Part shown: one piece after another, positions 17,071 through 27,278 of the stretch
How positions within the stretch are numbered: the stretch's first letter is position 1
Layout: every line of letters starts with the position of its first letter
From: an uncultured Erysipelotrichaceae bacterium
Lineage (GTDB): Bacteria > Bacillota_I > Bacilli_A > Erysipelotrichales > Erysipelotrichaceae
Reading direction: 5' to 3'
Assembly: GCA_964401865.1 (NCBI GenBank)
Contig: CAYNZZ010000003.1
Coordinates: 1 to 32,000 of the forward strand
DNA length: 32,000 nucleotides
Translations under genes and position numbers: made by a program
Notes under the pieces: model-generated
The model's database searches: none
What the model was told of the DNA's origin: nothing
The model's input: the letters and a program-made list of their open reading frames with translations, nothing else

Positions 17071-17387
17071 TGGTTAAAGTCATTTATAGTATAGATGATG
17101 ATAGGATTACTTACTTAAATGTGAGTGGTCATGCTGATAGTGGTGAGTACGGTAAAGATCTTATCTGCGCAGCTATCAGTTCGATTATCTTTGGTTTGAT
17201 GAATGCTATTGATTTACTTGAATTGTCTGATATAAGTATTAGACAGGAAGAGAATGAAATTGAGTTTATCAATTCAAGTGATAATGTAAGAGCGAAAGAT
17301 TATTTTGATCTTACTATGATACAATTAAAGACGATTGAAGAATCGTATAATCAATATTTAGTTATTAAAAGAAAGGAGCTATCATGA
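17070..17387 (+). CDS. prp: Ribosomal-processing cysteine protease Prp (YsxB family)
   Basis: It has the GHA...ICAAIS His/Cys dyad and sits between rplU and rpmA. Confidence 0.9.
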   Translation: MVKVIYSIDDDRITYLNVSGHADSGEYGKDLICAAISSIIFGLMNAIDLLELSDISIRQEENEIEFINSSDNVRAKDYFDLTMIQLKTIEESYNQYLVIKRKELS

Positions 17388-17668
17388 AATATATTTTAAA
17401 TATTCAATATTTCGCTTCTAAGAAGGGTGTAGGTTCCACTAAGAACGGTCGTGATTCTCATTCTAAACGTTTAGGCGCTAAGAAATCAGATGGTGAATTC
17501 GCAACTGCAGGTTCAATCTTATACCGCCAAAGAGGTACAAAAATTCATCCAGGCACAAATGTAATGCGTGGCGGTGATGATACTTTATTCTGTACTTGTG
17601 ATGGTATTGTTAAGTTTGAACGTTTGGGAAAAGATCGTAAGAAAGTTTCGGTTTACCCAGTAGCTTAG
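17384..17668 (+). CDS. rpmA: 50S ribosomal protein L27 with cleavable N-terminal extension
   Basis: The conserved [15 protein letters not shown] core is preceded by [10 protein letters not shown], the Prp cleavage context typical of Bacillota. Confidence 0.97.
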   Translation: MKYILNIQYFASKKGVGSTKNGRDSHSKRLGAKKSDGEFATAGSILYRQRGTKIHPGTNVMRGGDDTLFCTCDGIVKFERLGKDRKKVSVYPVA

Positions 17669-17674
17669 ATAATT

Positions 17675-17698
17675 AAAGCCCTTTGACAGGGCTTTTTT
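17675..17698 (+). terminator. Intrinsic terminator/attenuator between rpmA and obg
   Basis: AAAGCCCU-UUGAC-AGGGCUUU is followed by a U-run, directly before the obg SD AAAGGAG. Confidence 0.75.
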
Positions 17699-17709
17699 AA
17701 AGGAGATTT

Positions 17710-18996
17710 ATGCAATTTATAGATAAAGTAAAATTACATTTAAAGGCTGGTAATGGCGGTGATGGCATAGTTGCTTTTAGGAGAGAGAAATACGTTCCTC
17801 TTGGTGGACCGGCAGGTGGCGATGGCGGTAATGGCGGTTCTATTATTTTTGAGGTCGATACCAACAAATCGACACTTTTAGATCTTAGATATGCTAAACA
17901 GATTAGAGCCAATAATGGCGAAAATGGTAAAAATAAAAAAATGTATGGTGCTAGCAGTGAGGATGTTATTGTTAAGGTACCGCTAGGAACAATGGTTAAA
18001 GATGCTTATACTGGTGATTTGATTGCTGATTTATGTACTGTTGGACAAAAAGAAGTGATTTGTAAGGGTGGCAAGGGCGGTAAAGGTAATCGCCATTTTG
18101 CAACCGCTAGGAATAGTGCTCCCGAGTACGCTCAACTTGGTGAAAGTGGTGAAGAAAAAGATGTAGTAGTGGAATTAAAACTATTGGCTGATGTTGGACT
18201 AGTTGGTTTTCCAAGCGTTGGCAAATCGACATTCTTATCGGTAGTATCGAATGCAAGACCAGAAATTGCCGATTATCCATTCACAACTTTAACTCCACAA
18301 CTTGGGCTTGTTAAAGTTGATGATACAAGTTTTGTAATTGCTGATTTACCAGGCTTAATTGAAGGCGCGAGCGAAGGAAAGGGATTGGGACACGATTTCT
18401 TAAAACATATTGAAAGGTGTCGTGTTATCTTGCACATTGTTGATATGGGTGCAAATGATGGTAGAGATCCGCTTGAAGACTATAAAATCATTCAAAACGA
18501 ATTGTCTAGCTATCCAGTTAATCTGGCAATTCGACCATCAATTGTTTTAGCTAATAAAATGGATTTAGATAATGCAAAAGCTAATCTTGAGCGTTTTAAA
18601 GAAGCATATCCTGATGTAGAGGTGTATGAGGCGACCACTATCATTGATGAAGGTTTAAAACCGGTGCTATATCGTTTGAAAGATTTATTGATCGAGACAC
18701 CTGCATTTCCTATTTACGATGAACAGAAATCATCTAATAAAGTTATCTATAAATTCAAAGAAGAAGAATATCCTTTTGAAATATTTAATGAGGGCAATGG
18801 TGTATATCGCATTGAAGGTGAAAAAGTTTCCCGTTTACTTGGACAGGTTGACTTTGATGATGAAGACAGCATTTTAAGATTTTCTCGTACATTGAAAAAC
18901 CTTAAAGTTGATCAGGCGTTGCGAGAAAAGGGTTGTAAAAACGGTGATCGAATCTATATCGAAGATTTTGGTTTCGATTTTATTGAAGAAGAATAA
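17710..18996 (+). CDS. obg: GTPase Obg/CgtA
   Basis: A glycine-rich Obg fold (GGDGGNGGS), G motifs GFPSVGKST, DLPGLIEGA and NKMD, and a C-terminal TGS-like/OCT domain. Confidence 0.97.
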   Translation: MQFIDKVKLHLKAGNGGDGIVAFRREKYVPLGGPAGGDGGNGGSIIFEVDTNKSTLLDLRYAKQIRANNGENGKNKKMYGASSEDVIVKVPLGTMVKDAYTGDLIADLCTVGQKEVICKGGKGGKGNRHFATARNSAPEYAQLGESGEEKDVVVELKLLADVGLVGFPSVGKSTFLSVVSNARPEIADYPFTTLTPQLGLVKVDDTSFVIADLPGLIEGASEGKGLGHDFLKHIERCRVILHIVDMGANDGRDPLEDYKIIQNELSSYPVNLAIRPSIVLANKMDLDNAKANLERFKEAYPDVEVYEATTIIDEGLKPVLYRLKDLLIETPAFPIYDEQKSSNKVIYKFKEEEYPFEIFNEGNGVYRIEGEKVSRLLGQVDFDDEDSILRFSRTLKNLKVDQALREKGCKNGDRIYIEDFGFDFIEEE

Positions 18997-18999
18997 AAT

Positions 19000-19026
19000 A
19001 AATGGCATCTAATAGGTGTCATTTTT
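19000..19026 (+). terminator. Probable obg terminator
   Basis: An 8-bp stem, AAAUGGCA/UGUCAUUU (one G.U), with a 9-nt loop followed by UUUAUUAUU. The structure is rather weak. Confidence 0.45.
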
Positions 19027-19074
19027 ATTATTGTTTCAATGTGTTATGATTAGAATAACTCATAGGAGCGAACA

Positions 19075-20163
19075 ATGTAGAAAATATTAGTTATAAATCC
19101 TGGATCGACATCCACAAAATTATCGCTTTTTGAAGATGATAAAGAAATAGAAACGATAGATGAATTTCATGATTCGTCTTTTTTAAAAACCTTTCCAACA
19201 ATTAATGATCAATTAGATTATCGTATGGAGATAGTCTATGCATTTTTAAATAAGCATCATGTTAAAAAGATTGACGCAATTGCTTGTCGGGGCGGTGCTA
19301 GTTATTCAGTTGAAGGCGGAACATATCTGGTTGATGACTTGTTGATTGAAGATACCAAAAAGGCTAAAGGTGGTCTATATCATTCTTCGATGTTAGGAGT
19401 TCAGATTGGTAAAAAGGTTCAAGAGAGTTATGGCGGTATCGCATATATGTCTGATCCTACTGTGGTAGATGAATACTCAGAATTGGCTAGAGTTACTGGC
19501 ATTGATGGCATTTATCGCAAAAGCATTTGTCATGCTTTGAATCAAAAAGCTGTTGCTAAAAGATATGCTGAATCAATAAATAGAAGATATGAAGAATTAA
19601 ATTTGATTGTATGCCATATTGATGGAGGAATCACAATAATGGCTCATAATCACGGAAAGATGATCGATGGAAATGACGGTGGTGGGGGAGAAGGACCTTT
19701 TACACCAACGCGTATGGGTTCAATGGCTGTTAGCGATGTAATCAATTACTTATGGGATAAACCAAAGAGCGAAATGCTTGAATTATGCAGTGTATCTGGT
19801 GGCTTATCGAGTTACTTTGGCACTTCAAATAGTGATGAAATACACCGACTTGTGGAAAATGGCAATCAGAAAGCGATAAGAGTATGGCAAGCCATGATAT
19901 ATCAGATATGTAAGGCTGTTGGTTCTATGGCGACCGTTTTAAAAGGTGATGTCGATCAGATAATTTTAACTGGTGGCTTACTTCGTTTTAATGATATTTA
20001 TTTAGGAATTAAGGAAAGATGTGCATTCATTTCGCCGATAACTGTCTATTGTGGCGAGTTTGAACAAAGCTCCCTTGCGATGAACGCTCTACATGCTTTA
20101 CAAAATAAAATAGAAGTAAAACGATATAGCGGCAAAGCTGTTTGGGATGGTTTTAAAGATTGA
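19075..20163 (+). pseudogene. buk: Butyrate kinase with an in-frame TAG at codon 2 (otherwise intact)
   Basis: SD AGGAG (19064-19068) lies 6 nt before ATG 19075, which is immediately followed by TAG (19078-19080). In the same frame KILVINPGSTSTKLSLFEDDKEI... runs uninterrupted into the track ORF 19225-20163. The INPGSTSTK ATP-binding motif is upstream of the first internal ATG. Confidence 0.7.
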
Positions 20164-20201
20164 CTTATCGGCAATAATGATTTTATTTGCTGTGGTGATT
20201 T

Positions 20202-20210
20202 TGTTATAAT
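20202..20210 (+). promoter_or_regulatory. Extended -10 element 6 nt upstream of the ruvA ATG (leaderless candidate)
   Basis: TGtTATAAT is followed by AGAGCC and ATG 20217. No SD is present. Confidence 0.5.
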
Positions 20211-20216
20211 AGAGCC

Positions 20217-20780
20217 ATGATTGGATTTGTAAGAGGAAAAGTATTTAATTTCGGAGCTGATTATTGTTTGATTGATACTGGTTCAATAGGTTATCGAATC
20301 AATTTTTGCCATCCTGAAGAATTGAAAATAGGTCAAGAAGTATTGATATACACGTATCAAAATGTAAGAGAAGATGAAATAAGCTTATTTGGCTTTTTAA
20401 CTCTGGAAGAATACGAATTATTTTTAAAATTGATCTCTGTTAAGGGCTTAGGACCAAAGACGGCTTCTAATATTTTGGGATTTACAACTGTTAGTAATAT
20501 AACTGATGCGATAGAAAATAATGATGTTGCATTTATAAAGAGATTGCCTGGTATTGGTTCTAAAACAGCTTCACAGATAATACTAGATTTAAAAGGCAAA
20601 CTTGTAGAAAAGAAAAATGATGAAGTAGTAAACGAAAAGATGCAAGATGTTGTTCAAGCATTAAAGTCTTTGGGCTACAAAAATAGTGAAATTACGCCAG
20701 TCATAAAGAAAATCGAAGGGGAAGACTTGTCGGTAGATGCTTATATTAAAAAAGCACTAGGACTATTATTGAAAGGATAA
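20217..20780 (+). CDS. ruvA: Holliday junction DNA helicase RuvA
   Basis: MIGFVRGKV..., the HhH motifs (GLGPKTA, GIGSKTA) and a C-terminal domain III. Confidence 0.95.
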   Translation: MIGFVRGKVFNFGADYCLIDTGSIGYRINFCHPEELKIGQEVLIYTYQNVREDEISLFGFLTLEEYELFLKLISVKGLGPKTASNILGFTTVSNITDAIENNDVAFIKRLPGIGSKTASQIILDLKGKLVEKKNDEVVNEKMQDVVQALKSLGYKNSEITPVIKKIEGEDLSVDAYIKKALGLLLKG

Positions 20781-20781
20781 T

Positions 20782-21798
20782 ATGCTGGAAGAAAGAATTT
20801 TATCGCCTGATAATCTTTATCGGGATGAAGATGATATTTCTCTAAGACCGCAAAGTCTTAGTGAATATGTTGGTCAAAAGAATTTAAAAGAGAATTTAGA
20901 AATATTTATTAAAGCTGCTAAGTTAAGAGATGAGTCATTGGACCATGTCTTATTGTATGGTCCTCCCGGTTTAGGCAAGACTACTTTAGCTTATATTTTA
21001 GCTAATGAAATGGGTTCAAAAGTTAAGATTACAACAGGTCCAAGCATCGAAAGAAGTGGGGATTTAGCAGCTATTTTATCAACGCTAGAGGCAGGAGATA
21101 TCTTATTTATTGACGAGATACATAGACTCCCTAAGGCTATTGAAGAAGTCTTGTATCCAGCGATGGAGGATTTCTGCATTGATATCGTTGTTGGAAAGGA
21201 GTCTGGCGCCAGATCTATTCGCTTAGATTTGCCTCCCTTTACTTTGGTTGGAGCGACTACAAGAGCTGGTGATGTCTCAGCGCCTTTACGTGATCGTTTC
21301 GGCATTGTTTCAAAACTAGAGTATTATTCCAATGAAGAACTTGAAGCCATTTTAAAAAGAACAGCAAAAGTATTTCATATTGAAGCATCATCTGAATCAG
21401 TCAAAGAAATTGCTAAGCGTTCAAGAGGGACTCCTCGTATTGCTAATCGTCTATTTCGAAGAGTTAGAGATTTTGGCCAGGTGTTAAATGAAGGCAATGT
21501 TGATTTGTCTTTGACTCAGGAAGCCTTAGATAGATTAAAGGTCGATTCGTTAGGACTAGATAATGTCGATATTCGATATCTAAGAGGAATTATCGACAGA
21601 TTTAATGGGGGCCCTGTAGGCTTGGAGGCTATTGCTTCGGCTATTGGTGAAGAAACGATGACCTTAGAAGATGTATATGAACCATATTTATTACAGATTG
21701 GTTTTATCAATCGTACACCAAGGGGGAGAGTAGTAACTTCTAAAGCGTATGAACATTTGAAGATTAATATGCATCAAACCTTATTCAAAGATTTTTAA
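20782..21798 (+). CDS. ruvB: Holliday junction DNA helicase RuvB
   Basis: [12 protein letters not shown], Walker [10 protein letters not shown], Walker B ILFIDEIH and sensor motifs. Confidence 0.97.
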   Translation: MLEERILSPDNLYRDEDDISLRPQSLSEYVGQKNLKENLEIFIKAAKLRDESLDHVLLYGPPGLGKTTLAYILANEMGSKVKITTGPSIERSGDLAAILSTLEAGDILFIDEIHRLPKAIEEVLYPAMEDFCIDIVVGKESGARSIRLDLPPFTLVGATTRAGDVSAPLRDRFGIVSKLEYYSNEELEAILKRTAKVFHIEASSESVKEIAKRSRGTPRIANRLFRRVRDFGQVLNEGNVDLSLTQEALDRLKVDSLGLDNVDIRYLRGIIDRFNGGPVGLEAIASAIGEETMTLEDVYEPYLLQIGFINRTPRGRVVTSKAYEHLKINMHQTLFKDF

Positions 21799-21820
21799 AA
21801 GATAGCGAAAGCTATCTTTT
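21797..21820 (+). terminator. ruvB intrinsic terminator
   Basis: AAAGAUAGC-GAAA-GCUAUCUUU followed by U. Confidence 0.7.
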
Positions 21821-21847
21821 ATGCTACTTGATTTAATAAAAAGAAGG

Positions 21848-22582
21848 TTAACCAATAACCTTCTTAATAGCGTATTTTTCAAATAATACTTTATTGTATT
21901 CGTCAGCACCATCACAATTGCTGGAACGGAATACCGGAGCATCGTATCCGTTTTTAAGTAATAATTCTACAAAGCGACCAATTACTGCTTGTGATAGATA
22001 AGAACCAGTCATTGTACTGATCGGCCCCATGATATGTTTATCATCTATTTCTACGCCAGCATCGCCATATGGTGCCATGTTATCAAGCACAATATCAGAT
22101 AATTCAAATAGATGTTTACCACTTGGATGGCGGCTTGAAATAGTTTGCGAATGTTTTAAAGAAGTGATGCCAATGATGTGAACGCCTTTTTCTTTTAATC
22201 GTGTTAGATATTCGATTACTAAACCGTTACGTCCTGAATTACTGGCAGCTATTACTACATCGCCATTTTTTACATCATATAATAATTCTAAAATATCAGC
22301 ATAACTCGATGTTCTTTCAAGTGCTGTACTTTTTGTGGGATGAGTAGCCAAAGTCATCTCTATTTCGTTGATAGGATATATTTTGGCATAACCACCAGCT
22401 CTGCCATATAAATCTTGACCGATTAAATGTGAATGACCGGTACCAAAAGTATAAATTTTTCCGCCGTTTATTTCACATTCATACAAAATTTTTGCTGCTT
22501 CTTCAATTGCCGGAGCGTTTTCTTCCATCATTTTATTGAAAGTTTCTAAAACGAATTTATTATATTTTTCTACAAAGCCCAC
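21848..22582 (-). CDS. SIS-domain protein (UPF0309-like sugar phosphate isomerase/binding protein)
   Basis: It has a GTGHSH and SNSGRN SIS-type phosphosugar-binding pattern. The GTG start lies behind the SD GGAGG. Confidence 0.8.
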   Translation of the reverse strand: MGFVEKYNKFVLETFNKMMEENAPAIEEAAKILYECEINGGKIYTFGTGHSHLIGQDLYGRAGGYAKIYPINEIEMTLATHPTKSTALERTSSYADILELLYDVKNGDVVIAASNSGRNGLVIEYLTRLKEKGVHIIGITSLKHSQTISSRHPSGKHLFELSDIVLDNMAPYGDAGVEIDDKHIMGPISTMTGSYLSQAVIGRFVELLLKNGYDAPVFRSSNCDGADEYNKVLFEKYAIKKVIG

Positions 22583-22635
22583 AAGTAAAACCTCCTTTTG
22601 ACCATTGCATCATAAGCATAACATAAAACCAATTC

Positions 22636-23166
22636 TTATTGAGCGTTTCTTTTTTTGAATATCACTTCTAAATATTTTAAAGAGAAAAAGATGGCCGCAA
22701 CCCCCACAATCCAAGAAAGAGACAAAACTACATTATCATTTTTAACGCCTTCAGAAACATATGCATTAACTATTAGTAGTACACCGCTTGCCATATATAA
22801 TATGAATCTTAATACTAAACCAGACATTGGGGTTTTAGTAGACATTGCTGTTTTTATTTCTTTATGCGGCTCGTAATTTTCGATAATTACACAATTGCTT
22901 AATAGTTTTCTGAATTTATATTCTAAAAAGATATAGGCAACTAGAGAAATGGCTATCGAAATCCATATATTTAGCCTGAATAGAATATACATAAAAATAA
23001 ATACCAATACGGTTAAGATGAAACGCGAGTAGTAAGTTTTGAATGATGTTTCCTGATTCTTGGAGATACGATATCCTCTTTTTTGAGATCTATTATAGTA
23101 AACAGGTCTTCCTTGTTTATCGTGATAGATATTGATTCCGTCTAATAAAATATTTTGATTTTTCAT
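22636..23166 (-). CDS. Hypothetical membrane protein (about 4 TM)
   Basis: A long ORF with hydrophobic segments, upstream of and co-directional with the SIS gene. The start is set at ATG 23166, behind AAAGGT; the alternative is 23202. Confidence 0.6.
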   Translation of the reverse strand: MKNQNILLDGINIYHDKQGRPVYYNRSQKRGYRISKNQETSFKTYYSRFILTVLVFIFMYILFRLNIWISIAISLVAYIFLEYKFRKLLSNCVIIENYEPHKEIKTAMSTKTPMSGLVLRFILYMASGVLLIVNAYVSEGVKNDNVVLSLSWIVGVAAIFFSLKYLEVIFKKRNAQ

Positions 23167-23292
23167 TTTGTTACCTTTGACTAAAGTATAACAGATAGCC
23201 ATTTCTTTTTACAGTTTATATGGATTGTGGGTAATGGAATTTATATAGAAAAAAATATATAATTATATTCGAGAAGGAAGAAGGTAAAAATA

Positions 23293-24468
23293 ATGATTTT
23301 TGCAAAAAAAGAAACAGTTTGGAAAGAATTGAATGCTTACTGGACTTCAAAAGAAATTTATCAGCAGCCTAGTACATGGCACAAAACTTATGAACAGGTA
23401 TGTGCTGAGAAAACCGAAATTGCTTCATTGATTGCTAAGGTGGTTAATGCTCCGGATTATGACATCGTTTTAACTGGTGCAGGAACTAGTGAATTTGTGG
23501 GTAATGCGGTTTATTCTTATTTGAACACTTTAACAAATTATAAGGCTAAATCTTATGCGACTACTGATATAGTTGCCTGTCCTGAAAATTACTTATCTAG
23601 GACTAAACCGACGCTTTTGATTTCGTTTGGTCGTTCAGGTAATTCACCAGAATCAGTAGCGGCAGTGGAATGTGCTAATGAAGTTTGCGATAATGTATAT
23701 CATTTGTTTATTACTTGTAATCACGATGGCGCTCTATCGAAGTTTGCGATTGGAAAAGATAATTGTTATGCGATTAATTTAACCGAAGAAACACACGACC
23801 AAAGTTTTGCGATGACTTCATCGTTTACCAATATGTACTTGGCGGCTGTTTTAGCATTTAATTTGGATCGTTTGGATGATCTTGAAGATGTGATTGATGA
23901 TATCACTAATAAAACACAGTTGTTCTTAGACGAAAGATATAAGAAGATAGTTAAATTAGTTGATGAATTTAATTTCAAGAGAATTGTATATCTTGGATCG
24001 AATGTCAACAAAGGGATTGCCCAAGAATCTGCTTTGAAATTGTGTGAGCTTACTAAAGGTATCATTGATACGAATTATGACACACCAATGGGCTTTAGAC
24101 ATGGACCTAAGTCAGTAATTAATCCCGAAACATTAACTGTTGTATATTTAAGTGATGATGAATACACAAGACAATACGAATATGACATTATTAAAGAGAT
24201 GTCAGGGCAAAGAAATGGCAATAAGATTGTTGCAGTCGGTTCAAATGAAGATAGTAAAATCGAAGAATTGGTTGATTTATACATTTCTTTTGATAACAGA
24301 ATGAAACTTGATAACATTTTCTTAGGTCTAGAGTATATTACGGTCGCTCAGACTTTAGCCATCTTTAAATCAATTAGTATGTCAATTACTCCAGATAACC
24401 CATGTCCAAGCGGTGAGGTAAATCGCGTGGTTCAAGGTGTAACTATTTATCCATATAAGAAAAGATAG
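23293..24468 (+). CDS. agaS: AgaS-like double-SIS sugar-phosphate isomerase/deaminase (galactosamine-6-phosphate deaminase family)
   Basis: Strong block-by-block resemblance to E. coli AgaS: LTGAGTS, LISFGRSGNSPESVAAVE, ETHDQSFAMTSS, GFRHGPKS, NRVVQGV. Confidence 0.9.
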   Translation: MIFAKKETVWKELNAYWTSKEIYQQPSTWHKTYEQVCAEKTEIASLIAKVVNAPDYDIVLTGAGTSEFVGNAVYSYLNTLTNYKAKSYATTDIVACPENYLSRTKPTLLISFGRSGNSPESVAAVECANEVCDNVYHLFITCNHDGALSKFAIGKDNCYAINLTEETHDQSFAMTSSFTNMYLAAVLAFNLDRLDDLEDVIDDITNKTQLFLDERYKKIVKLVDEFNFKRIVYLGSNVNKGIAQESALKLCELTKGIIDTNYDTPMGFRHGPKSVINPETLTVVYLSDDEYTRQYEYDIIKEMSGQRNGNKIVAVGSNEDSKIEELVDLYISFDNRMKLDNIFLGLEYITVAQTLAIFKSISMSITPDNPCPSGEVNRVVQGVTIYPYKKR

Positions 24469-24476
24469 GGGCAAAA

Positions 24477-24911
24477 ATGGTAGGAATTATTGTAACTGGA
24501 CATGGCGAGTTTGCCACTGGTTTAACAGCAGCTTTGGATTTGATTGCTGGTCCGCAAAAAAATTATTGTGCAGTTGATTTTAAAGGAGACACAACTGAAA
24601 CTCTAAATAAGAATCTGGAAGAAGCTTTTAAAAGTTTAAGTGACTGCAATGGAATTATTGTGTTCTCTGACCTTCCAGGCGGTTCACCATTTAAATCATC
24701 TGTTGAAGTATCGTTTGGAAAATATGAAAATGTACATGTTTTGGGTGGTACTAACTTGCCGATGTTATGCGAAATTGCAATGGCTAGAAGTTTCATTGAA
24801 GATGTTAATGCTTTAGTTGAAATGGCTATTAACATTGGCAAGGAACAGATTATTGAATTTAAAATGCCTGAATCTGTCGAAGAAAGTGTAGAACCTGAAG
24901 AAGGGATTTAG
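24477..24911 (+). CDS. PTS mannose/sorbose/GalNAc-family EIIA component
   Basis: MVGIIVTGHGEFA with the phosphorylatable His; about 144 aa. Confidence 0.9.
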   Translation: MVGIIVTGHGEFATGLTAALDLIAGPQKNYCAVDFKGDTTETLNKNLEEAFKSLSDCNGIIVFSDLPGGSPFKSSVEVSFGKYENVHVLGGTNLPMLCEIAMARSFIEDVNALVEMAINIGKEQIIEFKMPESVEESVEPEEGI

Positions 24912-24926
24912 TTTAAACAATATCTA

Positions 24927-24954
24927 AAAAGCCGTGTTATGTGAAACGGCTTTT
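24927..24954 (+). terminator. Intrinsic terminator after EIIA
   Basis: AAAAGCCGU-loop-ACGGCUUUU. Confidence 0.8.
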
Positions 24955-25083
24955 AGTATGTTTTGATTGAGAATTGTACAAATGAATATGTACACTAAAC
25001 GATAGAAAAGGGTACTCATATGTTATATAATAATTTTAGAGATAAGTTTTATTCTTTCTTTTAGAAAGGAGGTTATTACATTT

Positions 25084-25560
25084 ATGCCTAATATAATATT
25101 AACGAGAATTGACAATCGCTTGATACATGGTCAGGTTGCGACTCAATGGTCTGGAGCTATTGGTATTAATTTGATTTTGGTTGCTAATGATAAAGTTGCT
25201 GCCGATCCTATGCGTCAAGGATTAATGGATATGGCAGCGCCTTCTTATGCAGGTACTCGTTATTGGACGATCGAAAAAACTATCAACACAATTCATCGAG
25301 CAAGTGAAGCTCAGAAAATTTTCCTTATTTTAGATAATCCGCACGATGCATTAAAACTAGTTGAGGGTGGAGTTCCTATTACAAAATTAAATGTTGGAAA
25401 TATGCATATGTCTGAAGGGAAACGTCAGGTAGCTACCAGTGTCGCAGTTGATGACAAAGATGTTGAAGCATTTAAAAAGCTTCGTGATTTAGGTGTTGAA
25501 ATCTTTATTCAGCGTACACCTGATGTTGCGAAAGAAGATGCAGAAGTATTATTTAAATAA
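25084..25560 (+). CDS. PTS mannose-family EIIB component
   Basis: ILTRIDNRLIHGQV with the active-site His; SD GAAAGGAGG. Confidence 0.92.
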   Translation: MPNIILTRIDNRLIHGQVATQWSGAIGINLILVANDKVAADPMRQGLMDMAAPSYAGTRYWTIEKTINTIHRASEAQKIFLILDNPHDALKLVEGGVPITKLNVGNMHMSEGKRQVATSVAVDDKDVEAFKKLRDLGVEIFIQRTPDVAKEDAEVLFK

Positions 25561-25595
25561 TAAAACACAATCTGTAGAAAGGAGGATTATATCGA

Positions 25596-26396
25596 ATGGA
25601 TGTAATTCAAATTGTTTTATTGGCATTAGTAACATTTATTCTTGCTATTGATCAATTTTCATTGACTGAAGTTTTGTATCGTCCAATGGTTGCTTGTCCT
25701 ATTATCGGCCTGGTTTTAGGTGATGTAGAGACTGGCTTAGTGGTTGGCGGTACATATGAATTGATGATGGTTGGTAATATGCCGGTTGGTGGTGCTCAAC
25801 CACCAAATGTCGTTCTAGGTTCTATTGTTGCGATGATTTTCGCAGTCAGAAGTGGAATGACAGTTGATGCAGCCCTTGGTACTGCTGTGATCTTCTCGCT
25901 ATTTGGACAATATGCAGTAACTTTGACATTTACTATAATGTCTGGATTAATGGCAAAAGCTGATAAGGCTGCTGCCGATGCAAATCCTAAAGGAATTAGC
26001 CAAGTTAATATTATTTCTTGTCTGATTCTTGGTTCGTTATTTGCTTTAATGGCTGTTATTGCCTATGTTGGTGGTAACGCAATGACTCCGGTTCTTAAAA
26101 AAATCTCCGAAGACTTCTCATGGTTGATGGCTGGTTTAGGAGCTGCCGGTGGTATGATGCGTAATGTTGGTTTTGCGGTTTTATTAAAGATTATGATGTC
26201 AAATGAATTCTGGGGTATTTACCTTGCTGGTTTCGCTGTTGATGCAATATTCGTTAATATTGGCGCAACTAGTTCTTCGGCTTTAATTCTTGTGGCATTT
26301 ATTGGTGTTGCAATTGCGATTTATGACTTTACTATGAGTTTAAGAATTAAACAGTTTGCTGGTTCTGGAAATGGAGGCATGAGTGATGGAATATAA
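25596..26396 (+). CDS. PTS mannose-family EIIC component
   Basis: A polytopic 266-aa protein with EIIC(Man)-like sequence; SD AAAGGAGG. Confidence 0.9.
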   Translation: MDVIQIVLLALVTFILAIDQFSLTEVLYRPMVACPIIGLVLGDVETGLVVGGTYELMMVGNMPVGGAQPPNVVLGSIVAMIFAVRSGMTVDAALGTAVIFSLFGQYAVTLTFTIMSGLMAKADKAAADANPKGISQVNIISCLILGSLFALMAVIAYVGGNAMTPVLKKISEDFSWLMAGLGAAGGMMRNVGFAVLLKIMMSNEFWGIYLAGFAVDAIFVNIGATSSSALILVAFIGVAIAIYDFTMSLRIKQFAGSGNGGMSDGI

Positions 26397-27258
26397 TGCT
26401 ATGACATATAAGGATACTAATCCTGCTAGACCTCTTGATAGAAAGACTTTAAATAAAATGGTATGGAGATCAACTATGCTACAAGCTTCTTTCAACTACG
26501 AAAGAATGCAAGCTGCCGGTTGGTTATGGGGTATTTTGCCTGGGCTTGAAAAAATCCATACAAATAAAGAAGATTTGAGTGCATCTATGACTCATAACTT
26601 AAATTTCTTTAATACTCATCCATTCTTAGTAACGTTTGTAATGGGCATCGTATTATCTTTGGAACAGCAGAAAGCTGATATTGAAACTATTCGTTCTGTT
26701 CGTGTTGCTGCAATGGGTCCATTGGGTGGTATCGGCGATGCTATTTTCTGGTTCGCTTTATATCCAATTGTAGCTGGTATCACTGCTACAATGGCTATTA
26801 ACAAGAATATCGTTGGCGTTATTTTATACTTTGCAGTTATTTTTACATTCCAAATGGCACTTCGTTTCTTCTTAATGAATTGGTCATATCGTTTAGGTAC
26901 AAGCGCAATTACTGTCTTGACTAAGAACGCTAAGGAATTTACGCGCTCCGCTTCAATGCTCGGTATCTTTATCGTAGGTGCATTAACTTGCAACTATGCT
27001 AATGTAAGCTTAGGTATGGTAATTCCAAATGGTGATTCATCAATCGATTTACAACAGATGCTAGATAACATACTTCCTGCTGCTTTATCATTAGCCGTTA
27101 CTATGCTTTGTTTCTGGCTAATCAAAAAGAAGAATTGGTCAGCTACAAAATGTATTCTATTGCTTCTTGTGATTGGCATTGTTGGATGTATTTTTGGTAT
27201 CTTTGGTGGACCTGCTGGAGATTATACTTCTTTAGTATCAGTGCCATGGCACGCATAA
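26386..27258 (+). CDS. PTS mannose-family EIID component
   Basis: It has the FNYERMQAAGW motif typical of EIID(Man). The start is set at ATG 26386, 8 nt after GGAGG. Confidence 0.9.
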   Translation: MEYNAMTYKDTNPARPLDRKTLNKMVWRSTMLQASFNYERMQAAGWLWGILPGLEKIHTNKEDLSASMTHNLNFFNTHPFLVTFVMGIVLSLEQQKADIETIRSVRVAAMGPLGGIGDAIFWFALYPIVAGITATMAINKNIVGVILYFAVIFTFQMALRFFLMNWSYRLGTSAITVLTKNAKEFTRSASMLGIFIVGALTCNYANVSLGMVIPNGDSSIDLQQMLDNILPAALSLAVTMLCFWLIKKKNWSATKCILLLLVIGIVGCIFGIFGGPAGDYTSLVSVPWHA

Positions 27259-27278
27259 GATAATTAAGTGTTTGTTTA

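Noticed and set aside
17697-17912. A 71-aa antisense ORF rich in Pro/Gly/Ser
   Set aside because: It is the mirror image of the glycine-rich Obg N-terminal domain coding sequence.
19078-19080. TAG in buk as pyrrolysine or programmed recoding
   Set aside because: No pyl genes or PYLIS-like context are visible, and codon 2 of butyrate kinases is a variable, non-functional position. A nonsense mutation or a sequencing error is far more likely.
23215-23249. Direct repeat TTTATATGGA / TTTATATAGA in the agaS divergent promoter region as an operator
   Set aside because: These are two short, near-pure A/T decamers in an A/T-rich promoter region. They are indistinguishable from -10-like sequences and chance.
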